NCBI GenBank assembly: GCA_951406725.2
Contig: OX597817.1
Span: 175,894,001-175,958,000, forward strand
DNA from: Octopus vulgaris
Lineage: Eukaryota
Length of the DNA: 64,000 nucleotides
Direction of reading: 5' to 3'
The notes under the pieces were generated by a model. That model was not told where the DNA came from. It did not search any database and saw only the letters and a list, made by a program, of their open reading frames with translations. Position 1 is the first letter of the stretch. The number at the start of each line of letters is the position of its first letter. The position numbers and the translations under genes are program-made. This document shows, one piece after another, positions 51,928 through 64,000 of this stretch.

Positions 51928-52458
51928 TATTCGAGCAAAACGATCCCCGTCCAATGGACGGCGCTGAGTTGTCAAGCATTTAAACCAAATTTTCTCAAAA
52001 CAACTTGTCCGACTGTCCCATAGGCATCCCCTTTGAGAAACACTGATTTAACCTAAATTTGAGACCACAGAAAAAGAAGAAATAAAGATAGACTTTTTTC
52101 TATTCCAAGAAAAACGATTTTATTCACTTTATCAATCGCATTCCCACCTGGAATAGATTTTTGTAATTTTTTCAATACTTATACACACCCTGATATCGTC
52201 GGTATCTACATATCAAATTTGAGCGCAATCGGATGGAGGATGCCCGAGATACTAGAAACCACACATACGCACACACAGACAGAACGGATTTTATATAAGA
52301 GATATAGGACATCTCTTTATATATATATATGTGTGTGTGTGTGGCCTGCTCGCTTAGCCAGCAAGGAGGCGTCATTTGAAGGCTAGAACAATGCGAAACG
52401 CATTGTGACCTGCGATGTGTAGCAACATCTGATAGCCTGGTCGGTCACAGTGATCACG

Positions 52459-52523
<65 letters not shown>

Positions 52524-53113
52524 GAATGTATGTATATGATATATATAAAGACATAATTAAATATATAAGATATTTGTTTGTGTGTGTATGTGTGTGTGTG
52601 TGTGTGTGTGTAAGAATACATGGTATACATAAGACATAATTTTAAAAGACATAAATTAAAGAAGACACAACTTCTGAATCATAAGAAATCTCGCCCCAAC
52701 TCTGATTCTTCTGTTCCTTCACGTTCACTCGGTGCAAAGATAGAAAATTTCTTGTCTCGATGTAATAATCGCTATAATAAAGATAAGCTTGTCATCGGTC
52801 TCCATAATAGACACAATAAAGATAATAAGGTTGTCATCACTCACCATGCTAAAAATATCAATAACGTATAAATAATTAACATAGCAATATCAAATTACTT
52901 TAATGTTGTGCAGAAATAAGCCGAAAATCTAAGGAATGATGACAACTTAATCTTTAAAAAATTGGAAAATAATGGAGGTGTCCTTCATTCCGTTTCGAAT
53001 TGCTAAAACTGGAATGGTTCTCAGTCGTCTTCGTAAAGAATTTAAAAAATTACTGAATTACTTGTGCTTGAGCAGTGTTCATTTTTTATTTTATTCCTGT
53101 TGTAATGGACTAC

Positions 53114-53393
53114 GGAGGCGCAATGGCCCAGTGGTTAGGGCAGCGGACTCGCAGTCGGAGGATCGCGGTTTCGATTTCCAGACCGGGCGTTGTGTGTGTT
53201 TATTGAGCGAAAACACCTAAAGCTCCTCAAGGCTCCGGCAGCGAGTGATGGCGACTCCAACTTTCTCTCACTCTCTCTTCTTGTTTTTTGAGTAACGCTG
53301 CGATGGACTGGCGTCCCGTCCAGCTGGGGGGAACACATACGCTACGGAAACCGGGAAACCGGATCCATGAGCCTGGCTTGGCTTGAAAAGGGC
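53114..53393 (+). mobile_element. SINE family C (tail type 2)
   Basis: Same head as 51543; tail as 31207. Confidence 0.85.
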
Positions 53394-53787
53394 GAAGAGT
53401 AAGAGAGAGAGAATGTACTACAGAATAAACCAATGAATTTGAGCTTTTACGTGTGCAAATTAAACTTAATTAGATAGAGTAGGGAGTCGTAAACTGCTGT
53501 CATTTCATATAAACTCGTAGAGGACAGGGAAAGCGAGGAATCAGCAGGACGACTTAGACTCATATCGAAATTTCATCAGAAATTAACTTCCCGTCTAGGC
53601 TAAAAAATCTGCTATATAGGTTTACATATTCTATATCGCACCTTCTTACTTTGTGCACTGGGTTCCCTGTTGACTGGCATTTAATATTAATTGCAAATTA
53701 GTAGGTCCAGTTCCCAGGAGCTACTTGATTAGATGTGTATATAAACAGAATAGTTGTTCGTTTCTCTGGGATTTATCAAGTGATGTA

Positions 53788-53835
53788 GCCACCTCTGATG
53801 AGATTCCAATAAGGATCGAAAATCGATTGAGATTG
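53788..53835 (+). ncRNA. Probably decayed minimal hammerhead ribozyme
   Basis: ACCU-CUGAUGA-GAUUC-CAAUAA-GGAUC-GAAA-AUCGAU-U-G-AGAU; position 17 is G, which is non-canonical. Confidence 0.55.
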
Positions 53836-54266
53836 TTCATCATATTTTTCTGTCTACGGGGAAATAGATAAACTTCACAAGTTCATATGTCTATTACGCG
53901 AATTTAATATAAAAACAAACTCCTAAGTTTTCAGGAATATCATCCACAATGCAATATAAAATATTATTTCAAAGAGACGACTCGTTGACGAGAAATTCAA
54001 AAGTGTACATATTTCCTTTCAAATACATAAGTAAATAACCCCGAGGAGGTTTTTTGACACAACTCTACACAAAGGAGTGGCAACCATCAATTACAACAAC
54101 ACAAAGAAGAATGTTGGAATGTCAACCATAGATACTGAGCTTAAATTCTGTAACGGGTCCTGATGGATTCTTAGCAACGCCTCATAGACTCATACAAACA
54201 AGCTCTAGCTTAGCCACTCTAGAAATTCTTTAAAAGCTTCCTGGCAAGGGAAAAATGCCCACCTCC

Positions 54267-54312
<46 letters not shown>

Positions 54313-54327
54313 TTAATAATGATGATA

Positions 54328-54382
<55 letters not shown>

Positions 54383-55229
54383 CGATGATGATGACGATGA
54401 AGCTGTATTATGCTTTATTTATAAATGTGGAAGCAGAGCAGTGTTACGAATGACAGGCCTATCTCTTCGCCTTCGCATATCAGAAAAGTCAGAGCCAATT
54501 ATCAAAAGAAAATTTCTTAGAAGAAATTGACTTGCTAACAAAAGGTCAAATAGTCACGTTGTGGATGTTTGAATATTCAGCATATCTGCGACAATGAAAA
54601 TACTGCCACTTCTGTACTTTCAAGTGCGCGGAAGATGCAGTATAGACAGAGGTTACGGTTCTCTAACCACCCCCAAGAGACTGCGTTCATTGTTGAAGTG
54701 CTGCTTAATAAGTTGTGGTCAGAGTCTTTGTTGATGAGTGAGGGCTGAGCTTCCTTGGCGACACCGATTATGGATTTTCCTTTTGTGGCGGTCAGCGATG
54801 AAATACTACCGTTTCCGTAGTTTTAGGTACACGGAACGTGTAATAAAGGCGGAAGCAGTTGTAATACTCCGATTCTCTGCATGGTGGTCTCCCCTGTTGA
54901 AATCCTCTTCAGTCATTGGCCATCAATCGACAAACATGATAATATTAGATAACTTCATCATCTGTTTGTTTTCTTTATTTCTCTCACTCCTTTTATTTAT
55001 TTCTTTATTTATTTCTCGATTCGTGTGTGTTCAAGATCTTTAATAGAAAATCTCTAGATTTCGCTGTTCATGACCGTTTTTTTTTCTTCTTCAAAACTAT
55101 ATAACTGTCACATAGCAAGAAACTGGTTCTGGTCCGGACCCATCTTTCATGATTTAACCTCTCACCACCCTCAATAAACCAGCTCCATCTCTACTGTAGC
55201 TCCATTTGGTCGAAAGGAATCTTAGTCTT

Positions 55230-55473
55230 GCAGGCTGGATAACGATCTCACTGGTGCTGGTGTCACGAAAAGAAAGAAAAAAAAAAGCACCCAATAAAAC
55301 TCTGTAAAATGGTTGGATTTAGGTTGGGCATCTGTTTGTAGAAACCATGTCAAAGCAGACGCTGGTTCACGACGCTGTCCTCGGACTCGCCGAATACTAT
55401 CAAACCGTCCAACCCATGCCCAGCATGGAAGATGGACGTTAAAAGAGAACGCTGATGATGATGGTGATGATGG

Positions 55474-55525
<52 letters not shown>

Positions 55526-55540
55526 GATGATGATGATGAC
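55230..55540 (+). mobile_element. Degenerate SINE with Meta-domain-like core and (GAT)n tail
   Basis: GGTTGG..TAGG..GGGCATC..GTAGAAACC..CCGTCCAACCCATGCC..GCATGGAA..GGACGTTAAA followed by (GAT)n. Confidence 0.6.
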
Positions 55541-55838
55541 AAAGACGGAAGTCATTAGAAATAGCCGTAGAAGATAGGATATGCGATTTTTTAAATATTT
55601 TTTTTTGCTGATGGATATGGAAATGATTTTGAGATATGCTATCGATAACTCTCATCAAATTAAGATAGACGCAAACTATTTTTTCAGCGTTTCTATTTTG
55701 CGTATTTATCGATCACATTGCTGATAACATTTCAGGAAGGACACAGAAAAATCTCCTGACCTTGACTGGATGTACTAATCGAGGACTTATGACTTCAGAC
55801 AACAATCAGGAAGACTAGATGCTTTTTCTTTTTTGCCA

Positions 55839-56238
55839 GGCGCAGGCGTGGCTGTGCGGTAAGAAGCTTTCTTCCCAGCTATATGGTTTCGGGTTCAATC
55901 CCACTACGTGGTACCTTGGGCAGATATCTTCTACTTTAGCCTCGGGCTGACCAAAACCTTGGGAGTGGATTTGGTAGACAGAAACTGAAAGGAAACCGTT
56001 GTATATGTGTGTGTGTTTGCGTTTGTTCACCCCTCTCCAGTATCACTTAACAACCGGTGTTGGTGTGTTTACGCCCCCGTAACTTACCGGTTCAGTAAAA
56101 GGGACCGAGACAATATGTACTAGGCTTACAACGAATAAGCCCTGCGGTCGATTTCTTCGACTAAAACCCTTTAAGGCGGTGCCCCAGCACGGTCGCAGTT
56201 AAATGACTCGAAACAAGTAAATGAATAAAAGAATAAAA
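55839..56238 (+). mobile_element. Full-length SINE family A
   Basis: Homology to 23792-24330. Confidence 0.88.
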
Positions 56239-57127
56239 GGATATATAACGACGTAGAATTAAAGATTATTTTTTATGTTCTAGAATCAAAGAAGAATGAA
56301 TCTGAAATGTCAAAAAACAACCCATTAAAAGTCTGGGGATTATCGACATGCTAACACTTAATGATGTTGAGTGAGCTGTTGCTATTGAGACAAATTGAAG
56401 ATAGGGAAAAAGTGACATTAGTAGCCGATTGTTACTATGGTTTTTAGCTTTAGGTAAGCACTACTTAGGTAAATCTATGATTACGGCATTACAGCCGTGA
56501 CTATCCCACCTTGCTTGTTCTTTCTCGTTTTAAATGTAGTTTCGTTAGAAATACATCATCGGAAATGTCTTCTTAATGTGGTAAAAGGATTGTCTGATAT
56601 GACTAGTAGAACATCCGTGTAGCAGTTCCCTAGTTAGCGTGTTAAGAAACTTGTAATGCCTAAAAGCTGGTTCAAGATGTGATCTTTTTCGTGCCGAGAC
56701 TCTCTTCAGATGTATAAGATCTCATTATTGATAATGGACAGAGTGGAAACAGATGCAGACGATATTGGCTAAGGTTGCAAAGCTCTACTGATATCTAAGA
56801 AATGATATTTAATTATTATAAAATAACGAAATCTTACAAACTTACACCGCTCAAAATGATTTACTTTATATCATTTGAAGTTTCGAAAGTCTTAAAACGT
56901 AATCAAAATAAAATTCTCTCTAGTAAACAAAATTTCCCAAATAGATGGAGAAAATTCTTAGTGTTACTTTGGTGTAATGGCTAGAAAATGAAGGATACCT
57001 ACATTATTTTCCAACGTCTGTAATGTGATATCGAATCCCACGAACAGCCTTCGACTGTTTTTTCCATTTAAGTTGGGTTTTTTTTTTACCGAATACTCTA
57101 GAAACTATTATTTGTTGCATTATCTAA

Positions 57128-57330
57128 GGTGGCGAGCTGGCAGAATCATCAGCTCGCCGGACAAAATGCTTAGCGAGTTTTCTTTCAGATCTTTACGCTC
57201 TAAGTTCAAATACCGCCAATCGACTATGCCTGTCAATCTTTCGGTGATCGATAAAATAAGTAACAGTCAAATACTCGTGTCGATGTAATCGACCATCGCC
57301 AATTGGTTTTGTATCAAAATTTGATACAAT
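57128..57330 (+). mobile_element. Degenerate SINE family B
   Basis: GGTGGCGAGCTGGCAGAATC head and GATAAAATAAGT..GTCGATGTAATCGAC core. Confidence 0.75.
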
Positions 57331-57477
57331 TATATATAGCTTTATCTGCTTCAGGTTCCACCGTAAAAAGTGCTGTTGTTACACAGCTTAGCCTCTCTTA
57401 ACCATTGCTAAATATGACAGGTGTTATTGTTACACAGCTTTGGCTGCTCTCAATCATTGCTAAATTTGGCAGTGTAA

Positions 57478-57845
57478 GAGCACTCCGTCGGTTACGACGA
57501 CGAGGGTTCCAGTTGATCTGATCAACGGAACAGCCTACTCGTGAAATTAACGTGCAAGTGGCTGAGCACTCCACAGACACGTGTACCCTAACGTAGTTCT
57601 CGTGGGGATTCAGCGTGACAAGGCTGGGCCCTTTGAAATACAGGTACAAGAGAAACAGGAAGAAAGAGTGAGAGAAAGTTGTGGTGAAAGAGTACAGCAG
57701 GGTTCGCCACCATCCCCTGTCGGAGCCTCGTGGAACTTTAGGTGTTTTTGCTCAATAAACACTCACAATGTTCTGTCTGGGAATCGAAACCGCGAGCCTA
57801 CGACCGTGAGTCCGCTGCCCTAACCACTAGGCCATTGCACTTCCA
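57478..57845 (-). mobile_element. SINE family C (tail type 3) inserted in a short tandem repeat of about 52 bp
   Basis: Reverse complement of 51543-51920; GCAGTGTAA on both sides. Confidence 0.88.
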
Positions 57846-58974
57846 CATATAGCAGTGTAAACCATTGTTAAATATGGCATCTATAGGAACCCATAGTTTG
57901 AGGTAGGAGTTGGTAGCAGGTCATTACAGATAACCGCGTCACATTGAGCCTCAAAACTTTTCAAAAAGTTTTCAAATTTAATGTGTTTGTCTGTCATTGA
58001 GCACTAAAGTGGAAAAACTGTTAAATTCTGTTGTTACGACATAATTACACTGAAATTGGTTCACAGAAGCTTTGCGAAGCATTTGACGCTGCTTCTGACA
58101 TTTTTGAATTAGCTTTCTTTTATGCCACAGTCATTTATTTAAAATTTTATGTTACGATTTGTTTAATTTAAATATACTTGCAGGCGCAGGCATGGGTGTG
58201 TGGTAAGAAACCTCCGGGTTCAGTACCACTGCGTGGCTCAACTCAACCACATATTTACAAACAGCAGGGGCTCTCGTGACTGAAAAAAAAATCTTGTTAT
58301 GTTAGCGACCGGCTTGGACTCTCTTAAGAAGAACTTAAATAAAACTCAAAGCAAAACATGATGCATACATACATACACAGATACATACATACATACATAC
58401 GTACATACATACATACGTACATACACACATACATACATACATACATAATTGGAAGTAAAACTATTACTTTCTCTAATTATATTATTCGTCCGAGTAAAGA
58501 ATTGGTAAAAAAAATCTATATATATTATTACCTTTTTATTTACCTATTTTAAAATATATTGAAATCATTCAAAATATTTTAATTATATTTTTAAATATAA
58601 TTTACCTATTTTTTAAATATATTTTATCACTAACTCACTCTTCCCGTAAATTGAATATATCTTATTTGTTTAGAAAGAAATAGCCTTATTTTTTTCTTTT
58701 AAGTAACCTTTCTTATACATACGTAAATGATGGTTGTCTACTTGTTAGAAGAGCATGACCATCGCTGACACAAAAGTCAAGAACGAAGGGTGTTAAGTGT
58801 TAAGTGTTAGTAATGCCCGTGCAAGGATTTTAAGTGGAATGCAGCTTTCACAACACCCTAACGACTCTCACTAGCAATACCAAGAAGCCCAAAGACAAAT
58901 AAAGTGCTAGGTATCCGGATCTGGTGAGCAGTGGGTTTTATATATGAGTTAGCCTTCTCCTAGAGGGATGTTAT

Positions 58975-59050
58975 GACATCCATACAAACGAACACACATG
59001 CACGCATACATGCATACATACATACATACATACATACATACATACATACT

Positions 59051-59085
<35 letters not shown>

Positions 59086-59230
59086 TTACATACATACATA
59101 CATATTTACATACATACATACATATATACATACATACATACATACATACATGCATACATACATACATACATACATACATACATACATACATGCATGCATA
59201 CATACATACATACATACATACATACATACT

Positions 59231-59265
<35 letters not shown>

Positions 59266-59486
59266 TTACATACATACATACATATTTACATACATACATA
59301 CATATATACATACATACATACATATATACATACATACATACATACATACATACATACATACATACATGCATGCATACATACATACATACATACATACATA
59401 CATACATACATACATACATACATACATACATACATGCATGCATGCATGCATGCATGCATACATACATACATACATACATACATACA

Positions 59487-59520
<34 letters not shown>

Positions 59521-59970
59521 CATACATACATACATACATACATACATACATGCATGCATACATACATACATACATACATACATACATACATACATACATA
59601 CATACATACATACATACATACATACATACATACATACATGCATGCATACATACATACATACATACATATTTACATACATACATACATATATACATACATA
59701 CATACATACATACATACATACATACATACATACATACATACATACATACATACATACATACATACATACATACATACATGCATGCATACATACATACATA
59801 CATACATACATACATACATACATACATACATACATACATACATACATACATACATACATACATACATACATACATACATACGTACATGCATGCATACATA
59901 CATACATATTTACATACATATTTACATACATACATACATACATGCATGCATACATACATACATACATACA

Positions 59971-60004
<34 letters not shown>

Positions 60005-60094
60005 CATACATACATACATACATACATACATACATACATACATACATACATACATACATACATACATACATACATACATACATACATGCATGCA

Positions 60095-60125
<31 letters not shown>

Positions 60126-60232
60126 TTACATACATACATACATATATACATATATACATACATACATGCATACATACATACATACATACATACATACATA
60201 CATACATACATACATACATACATACATACATA
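58975..60232. repeat. 1.25-kb (CATA)n microsatellite with CATG/TATT variant units
   Basis: Direct reading; 180-bp internal duplication (59041 versus 59221). Confidence 0.97.
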
Positions 60233-60973
60233 CAGGGCCGGATTAAGACTCATAGACGCCCCACGCACTTAAAAGACTTTGGTGCCCCCATATTAATGCA
60301 ATTCAAAATGTAAACAATAATAAACCATACAATATATTTTATTTTTCAAAATGAAACAAAACTAACAGTAAGAAGGAAAATAATGTTTATTTTTGTCTCC
60401 TTCCACGTTATTTATATTTGCAAAGTTTGCTGCTACTTTTTTTAATTGCAAAGTCTTTGATCAGATCCTCACTATGACACCATAAATTCTATAAAATTGT
60501 GTTTCCGATCATATAAACCACTTCAAATAGTATTTTAACAAGTTTAAAGTGATTTCTTTTGTAATGTAAACCATTTACCATTTCTGTGGTGCCCCTTCCT
60601 TCTCTTGATACTCTAAGCACGTGCATATTTTACTTAATGGTTAATCCAGCTCTGTATTTAAGAGATGAGGAAATTATGTACATTATTTACATCATTTACA
60701 ATTGCCGGATATTTGTCCTCATCTTGTTTGTTGTTAACACAATGTTTTTCGGCTGATATACCCTCCAGTCTTCATCAGGTGTCTTGGGGGAAATTTCAAA
60801 CCTGAATAACAACAACATCGAAAAGTACCTTAGGAATGAGAACCCAGGTTCGAAATTTCACCAAGATGAAGGCTGGAGGGCATATCAGCCGAAACGTTGT
60901 GTTAGCAACAAACAAGATGAGGACAAATATCCGTTAAATGTAAATAATGTAAATAAGGGTTAATCCAGCGTTG
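60233..60973. mobile_element. hAT MITE whose right TIR was duplicated by an HHR-palindrome insertion (60655-60953)
   Basis: TIR CAGGGCCGGATTAA; right ends TTAATCCAGCTCTG (to 60654) and TTAATCCAGCGTTG (to 60973); flanks CATACATA / CATGCATA. Confidence 0.72.
60655..60953. mobile_element. Head-to-head inverted pair of HHR-bearing elements
   Basis: Arms about 60676-60805 and 60845-60953; consensus CUGAUGA-A-GGCUG-GAGGGUAUAU-CAGCC-GAAACGUU; the two copies are damaged at different positions. Confidence 0.78.
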
Positions 60974-61138
60974 CATGCATACATACATACATACATACAT
61001 ACATACATACATACATACATACATACATACATACATACAGGAACCTTGGATCAAGGTTAGAAACCGGTTCTTTGTCTAGTAGCAAGAAATCTTGAAATAA
61101 ACTCAATAATGACATACATACATATGTACGTACGTACG

Positions 61139-61229
<91 letters not shown>

Positions 61230-61900
61230 AGACGGTATATACGTTCGGCTTAGAGATGTAAGCGTTTAGAGTTGGTATGTTGCTGACGTTGATAAGAAAG
61301 GGAGTAACGTATATATCATAGAATAACAGATGAGTCTCTTCTGAGATATGAAAGTATTTAGTTGTTTTCTTTTAAACACTTTCAAGTATTATAGTGGGTC
61401 ACTTCCGACCCAGAGAAAATGTTAAGAGGGTTAAACACTTAAATATCTTTTCTCTTTAACGAAACTCTGCAGTCAGTATAAATATATGCGTATATGTAAT
61501 GTTATTTTGTGTGTATGAGAACGTTTGGGTTAAATTGTGACAAGTGAGAGTGTGTTTGCTCAACGTTCGTTGTGTATTGAAATATGTGTGCGTGATGTAT
61601 GGTTAAGTACTTGTTGATACCAGTTTTTGACATGTGGTCATTTGAGGATAAGCAAATTAGAATTTTTCTTCAAAACTTCATGCCGAGATCGAGTTTTATT
61701 TTCTGAGCATCTCCGATGTGAAGTGTTTCCCTGAGACGTGCAATTTGCTGCCATACTTTATGTTTAGTTACTTTTTGTTAGTGTGGTAACATGGTGGACG
61801 CTGTTGTCTTATGAGCCAAGGGTGGGCTAATAAATATCCCCCGCTATCTTCGAAAAACAAAATAGTTTTCTTACAGAAAAGCAAATAGAGAAACGAAAAA
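61230..61900 (-). pseudogene. Possible very decayed PLE RT fragment
   Basis: Minus-strand pieces resembling LPFL(D)..Y.KP and YFN..Q motifs; heavily frameshifted. Confidence 0.3.
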
Positions 61901-62096
61901 TAATCAAACACATTGAAAACCGAGCTTTATGATTCATGCTGGAAATATGGTTTGTGGATCGAGAGTTTTGGTTTAAAATTTCGGTTGCCCTTCCGGTTAC
62001 ATATACATAAAATTATTCTCAAACACGCGTGCGCGTTCTCTCTTTCTCTCTCTCCCCATCTCTCCCTTTAAATCTCCCCCCTCTCTCTCTCACACA

Positions 62097-62189
<93 letters not shown>

Positions 62190-62200
62190 GCACACACACA

Positions 62201-62548
62201 GGCGCCAGTAAAATTGTGTGATTAAGAAGCATGCTTTGCAACCACATGGTTTCGGGTTCAATCTCACAGCACGGCATATTGTGCAAGTATATTCTACTAT
62301 AGCACTGGGCCGATCAAATCCTTGTGAGTGCATTTAGTAGACGGAAACGGCATTTAGTAGACGGAAACGTCGCATGTGTGTTTCTGTGCGTGTATGTCTT
62401 TCTCTGTCCCAACCGTTTGACAACCGATGTTAGTTTGTCTGTAGCATCACAAAGTAGCTGTTCAACATATGAGTTGGTCAGATTAAGACTCAACATACTG
62501 GAATCGATTTTTTCGAGTAAATTCAACGGTTGACACAAGTAAAGGACT

Positions 62549-62606
<58 letters not shown>

Positions 62607-62798
62607 GGGCGTGGCTATGTGGTAAGAAGCTTATTTTCCAACCACATGGTTCCGGGTTAAATCACACTGCGCGGTTCCTTGGACAAGCGTCTTTTACTAC
62701 AGCCTTGGATCAACCAAAACCTTGTGAGTAGATTTGGGGATTTGGTAGACGGAAGCTGAAAGAAGTGCGTCGTATACATACATACATACATACATACA

Positions 62799-62876
<78 letters not shown>

Positions 62877-62925
62877 TATACACACACATATGTATGTATG
62901 TATGTATGTGTGTGTGTGCGCGTGC

Positions 62926-62957
<32 letters not shown>

Positions 62958-63230
62958 GTGTGAGTGTATACACACACATACACACACGCATATATATGTA
63001 TGTATGTATATATCTATGCCTTTGTGTCTGTGTTTGTCTCCATCACCATTTGACAACCGGTGCTGGTGTGTTGATGTCCACATAACCGAGCGGTTCAGCA
63101 AAAAGAACTGCTAGAATAAATAGTAGGCTTAAGAAATAAGTCCTGAGGTCGAGTTGTTAGACCAAAACTTTTGAAAGCGGTGCTCCAGCATGGCTGCAAT
63201 CAAATGACTGAAACGAGTAAAAGAAAATAG
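62201..63230 (+). mobile_element. Two tandem SINE family A copies (62201-62545 degenerate; 62607-63230 with expanded internal microsatellite)
   Basis: Homology to 23792-24330. Confidence 0.8.
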
Positions 63231-63240
63231 AAGTAAATAT

Positions 63241-63295
<55 letters not shown>

Positions 63296-63297
63296 AC

Positions 63298-63360
<63 letters not shown>

Positions 63361-63371
63361 CATACATACAT

Positions 63372-63422
<51 letters not shown>

Positions 63423-63745
63423 CATACATACATACATACATACATACATACATACATACATACATACATACATACATACATACATACATACATACATGCA
63501 TACACACATACATACATACATATACTTTCGTGAGTAACAATTGTTTCAAGCTGTTGAATTTGTCCCATTTTATATGAATTACTTTCTAAATTATTCGATT
63601 CGAACTCTAAATTATTTGGGCCGAGTTGGATTCGTTCTATTTATGGCTTTTGTACTCGAAAGTTCATTCTGCTATCTTCTTTGCCTCATAACTATATATA
63701 TATATATATATATATTACAATACGTAATGTGTTATCACATTACAA

Positions 63746-63994
63746 CAAGGCCGGCGCTAGGAAGTGCGGGACCCAATTAGAGAATTGTCAGTGGGGGCCA
63801 TTATTCCACAAAAGCTGAAGATTGATGTTTTATGCTTCGTGTAGAACGCCAGTCCCCGCCAAAAAGCGGTGAGGGCTTGAGGCTCCGCCAATACTTACAA
63901 TAATATACTGACGATTCATCACAGCGTCCTCCGCTCGAAAGAGTCCGCGGGGCCCAGCGGGGCCCAATTGTTAATTGGCTTAAAACCGGCCCTG
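63746..63994. mobile_element. hAT-like MITE
   Basis: TIRs CAAGGCCGG / CCGGCCCTG with internal GGGCCC/CCCAATT motifs; no TSD seen. Confidence 0.6.
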
Positions 63995-64000
63995 GTCATC

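Noticed and set aside
54540-54960. Possible decayed RTE RT fragment (MFVD..EED-like, minus strand)
   Set aside because: Only weak motif similarity; needs a profile search.
58973-60313. 446-aa and overlapping long ORFs (HTYI/MYVC repeats)
   Set aside because: Translations of a stop-free (CATA)n microsatellite; the same applies to the many [12 protein letters not shown], poly-L/I/Y/D/H/S ORFs in the track.

Overview
AT-rich, repeat-saturated, apparently intergenic or intronic metazoan DNA. The tRNA-derived SINE families and the density of (TA)n/(CA)n/(CATA)n tracts point to a cephalopod, most likely Octopus (inference from recognised repeat families). I found no convincing host protein-coding exon; nearly all listed ORFs are microsatellite translations or decayed transposon fragments. 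The window holds a decayed Penelope-like element (PLE) RT at 1-2005(-), CR1/L2-group LINEs (11503-14690 and 16130-17050, both -), mariner remnants (22868-23608, 26138-27350, 42379-42630), R4/Dong-type and RTE LINE fragments, hAT MITEs, Helitron-like ends and about 30 SINE copies of at least four families. The most interesting signal is a set of at least 8 sequence families of short elements carrying minimal type I hammerhead ribozymes (HHRs). Several are inserted as head-to-head inverted pairs whose HHR-sense 3' ends face outward, mostly into (TA)n tracts. The best case is 21182-22653: a non-coding 533-nt HHR monomer present as 1.5 direct plus about 1.26 inverted units in different registers, as expected if a circular retrozyme-like RNA was reverse transcribed from both ends of a break. 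Two unusual HHR core variants also occur: a G3-C8 swap and A6U.
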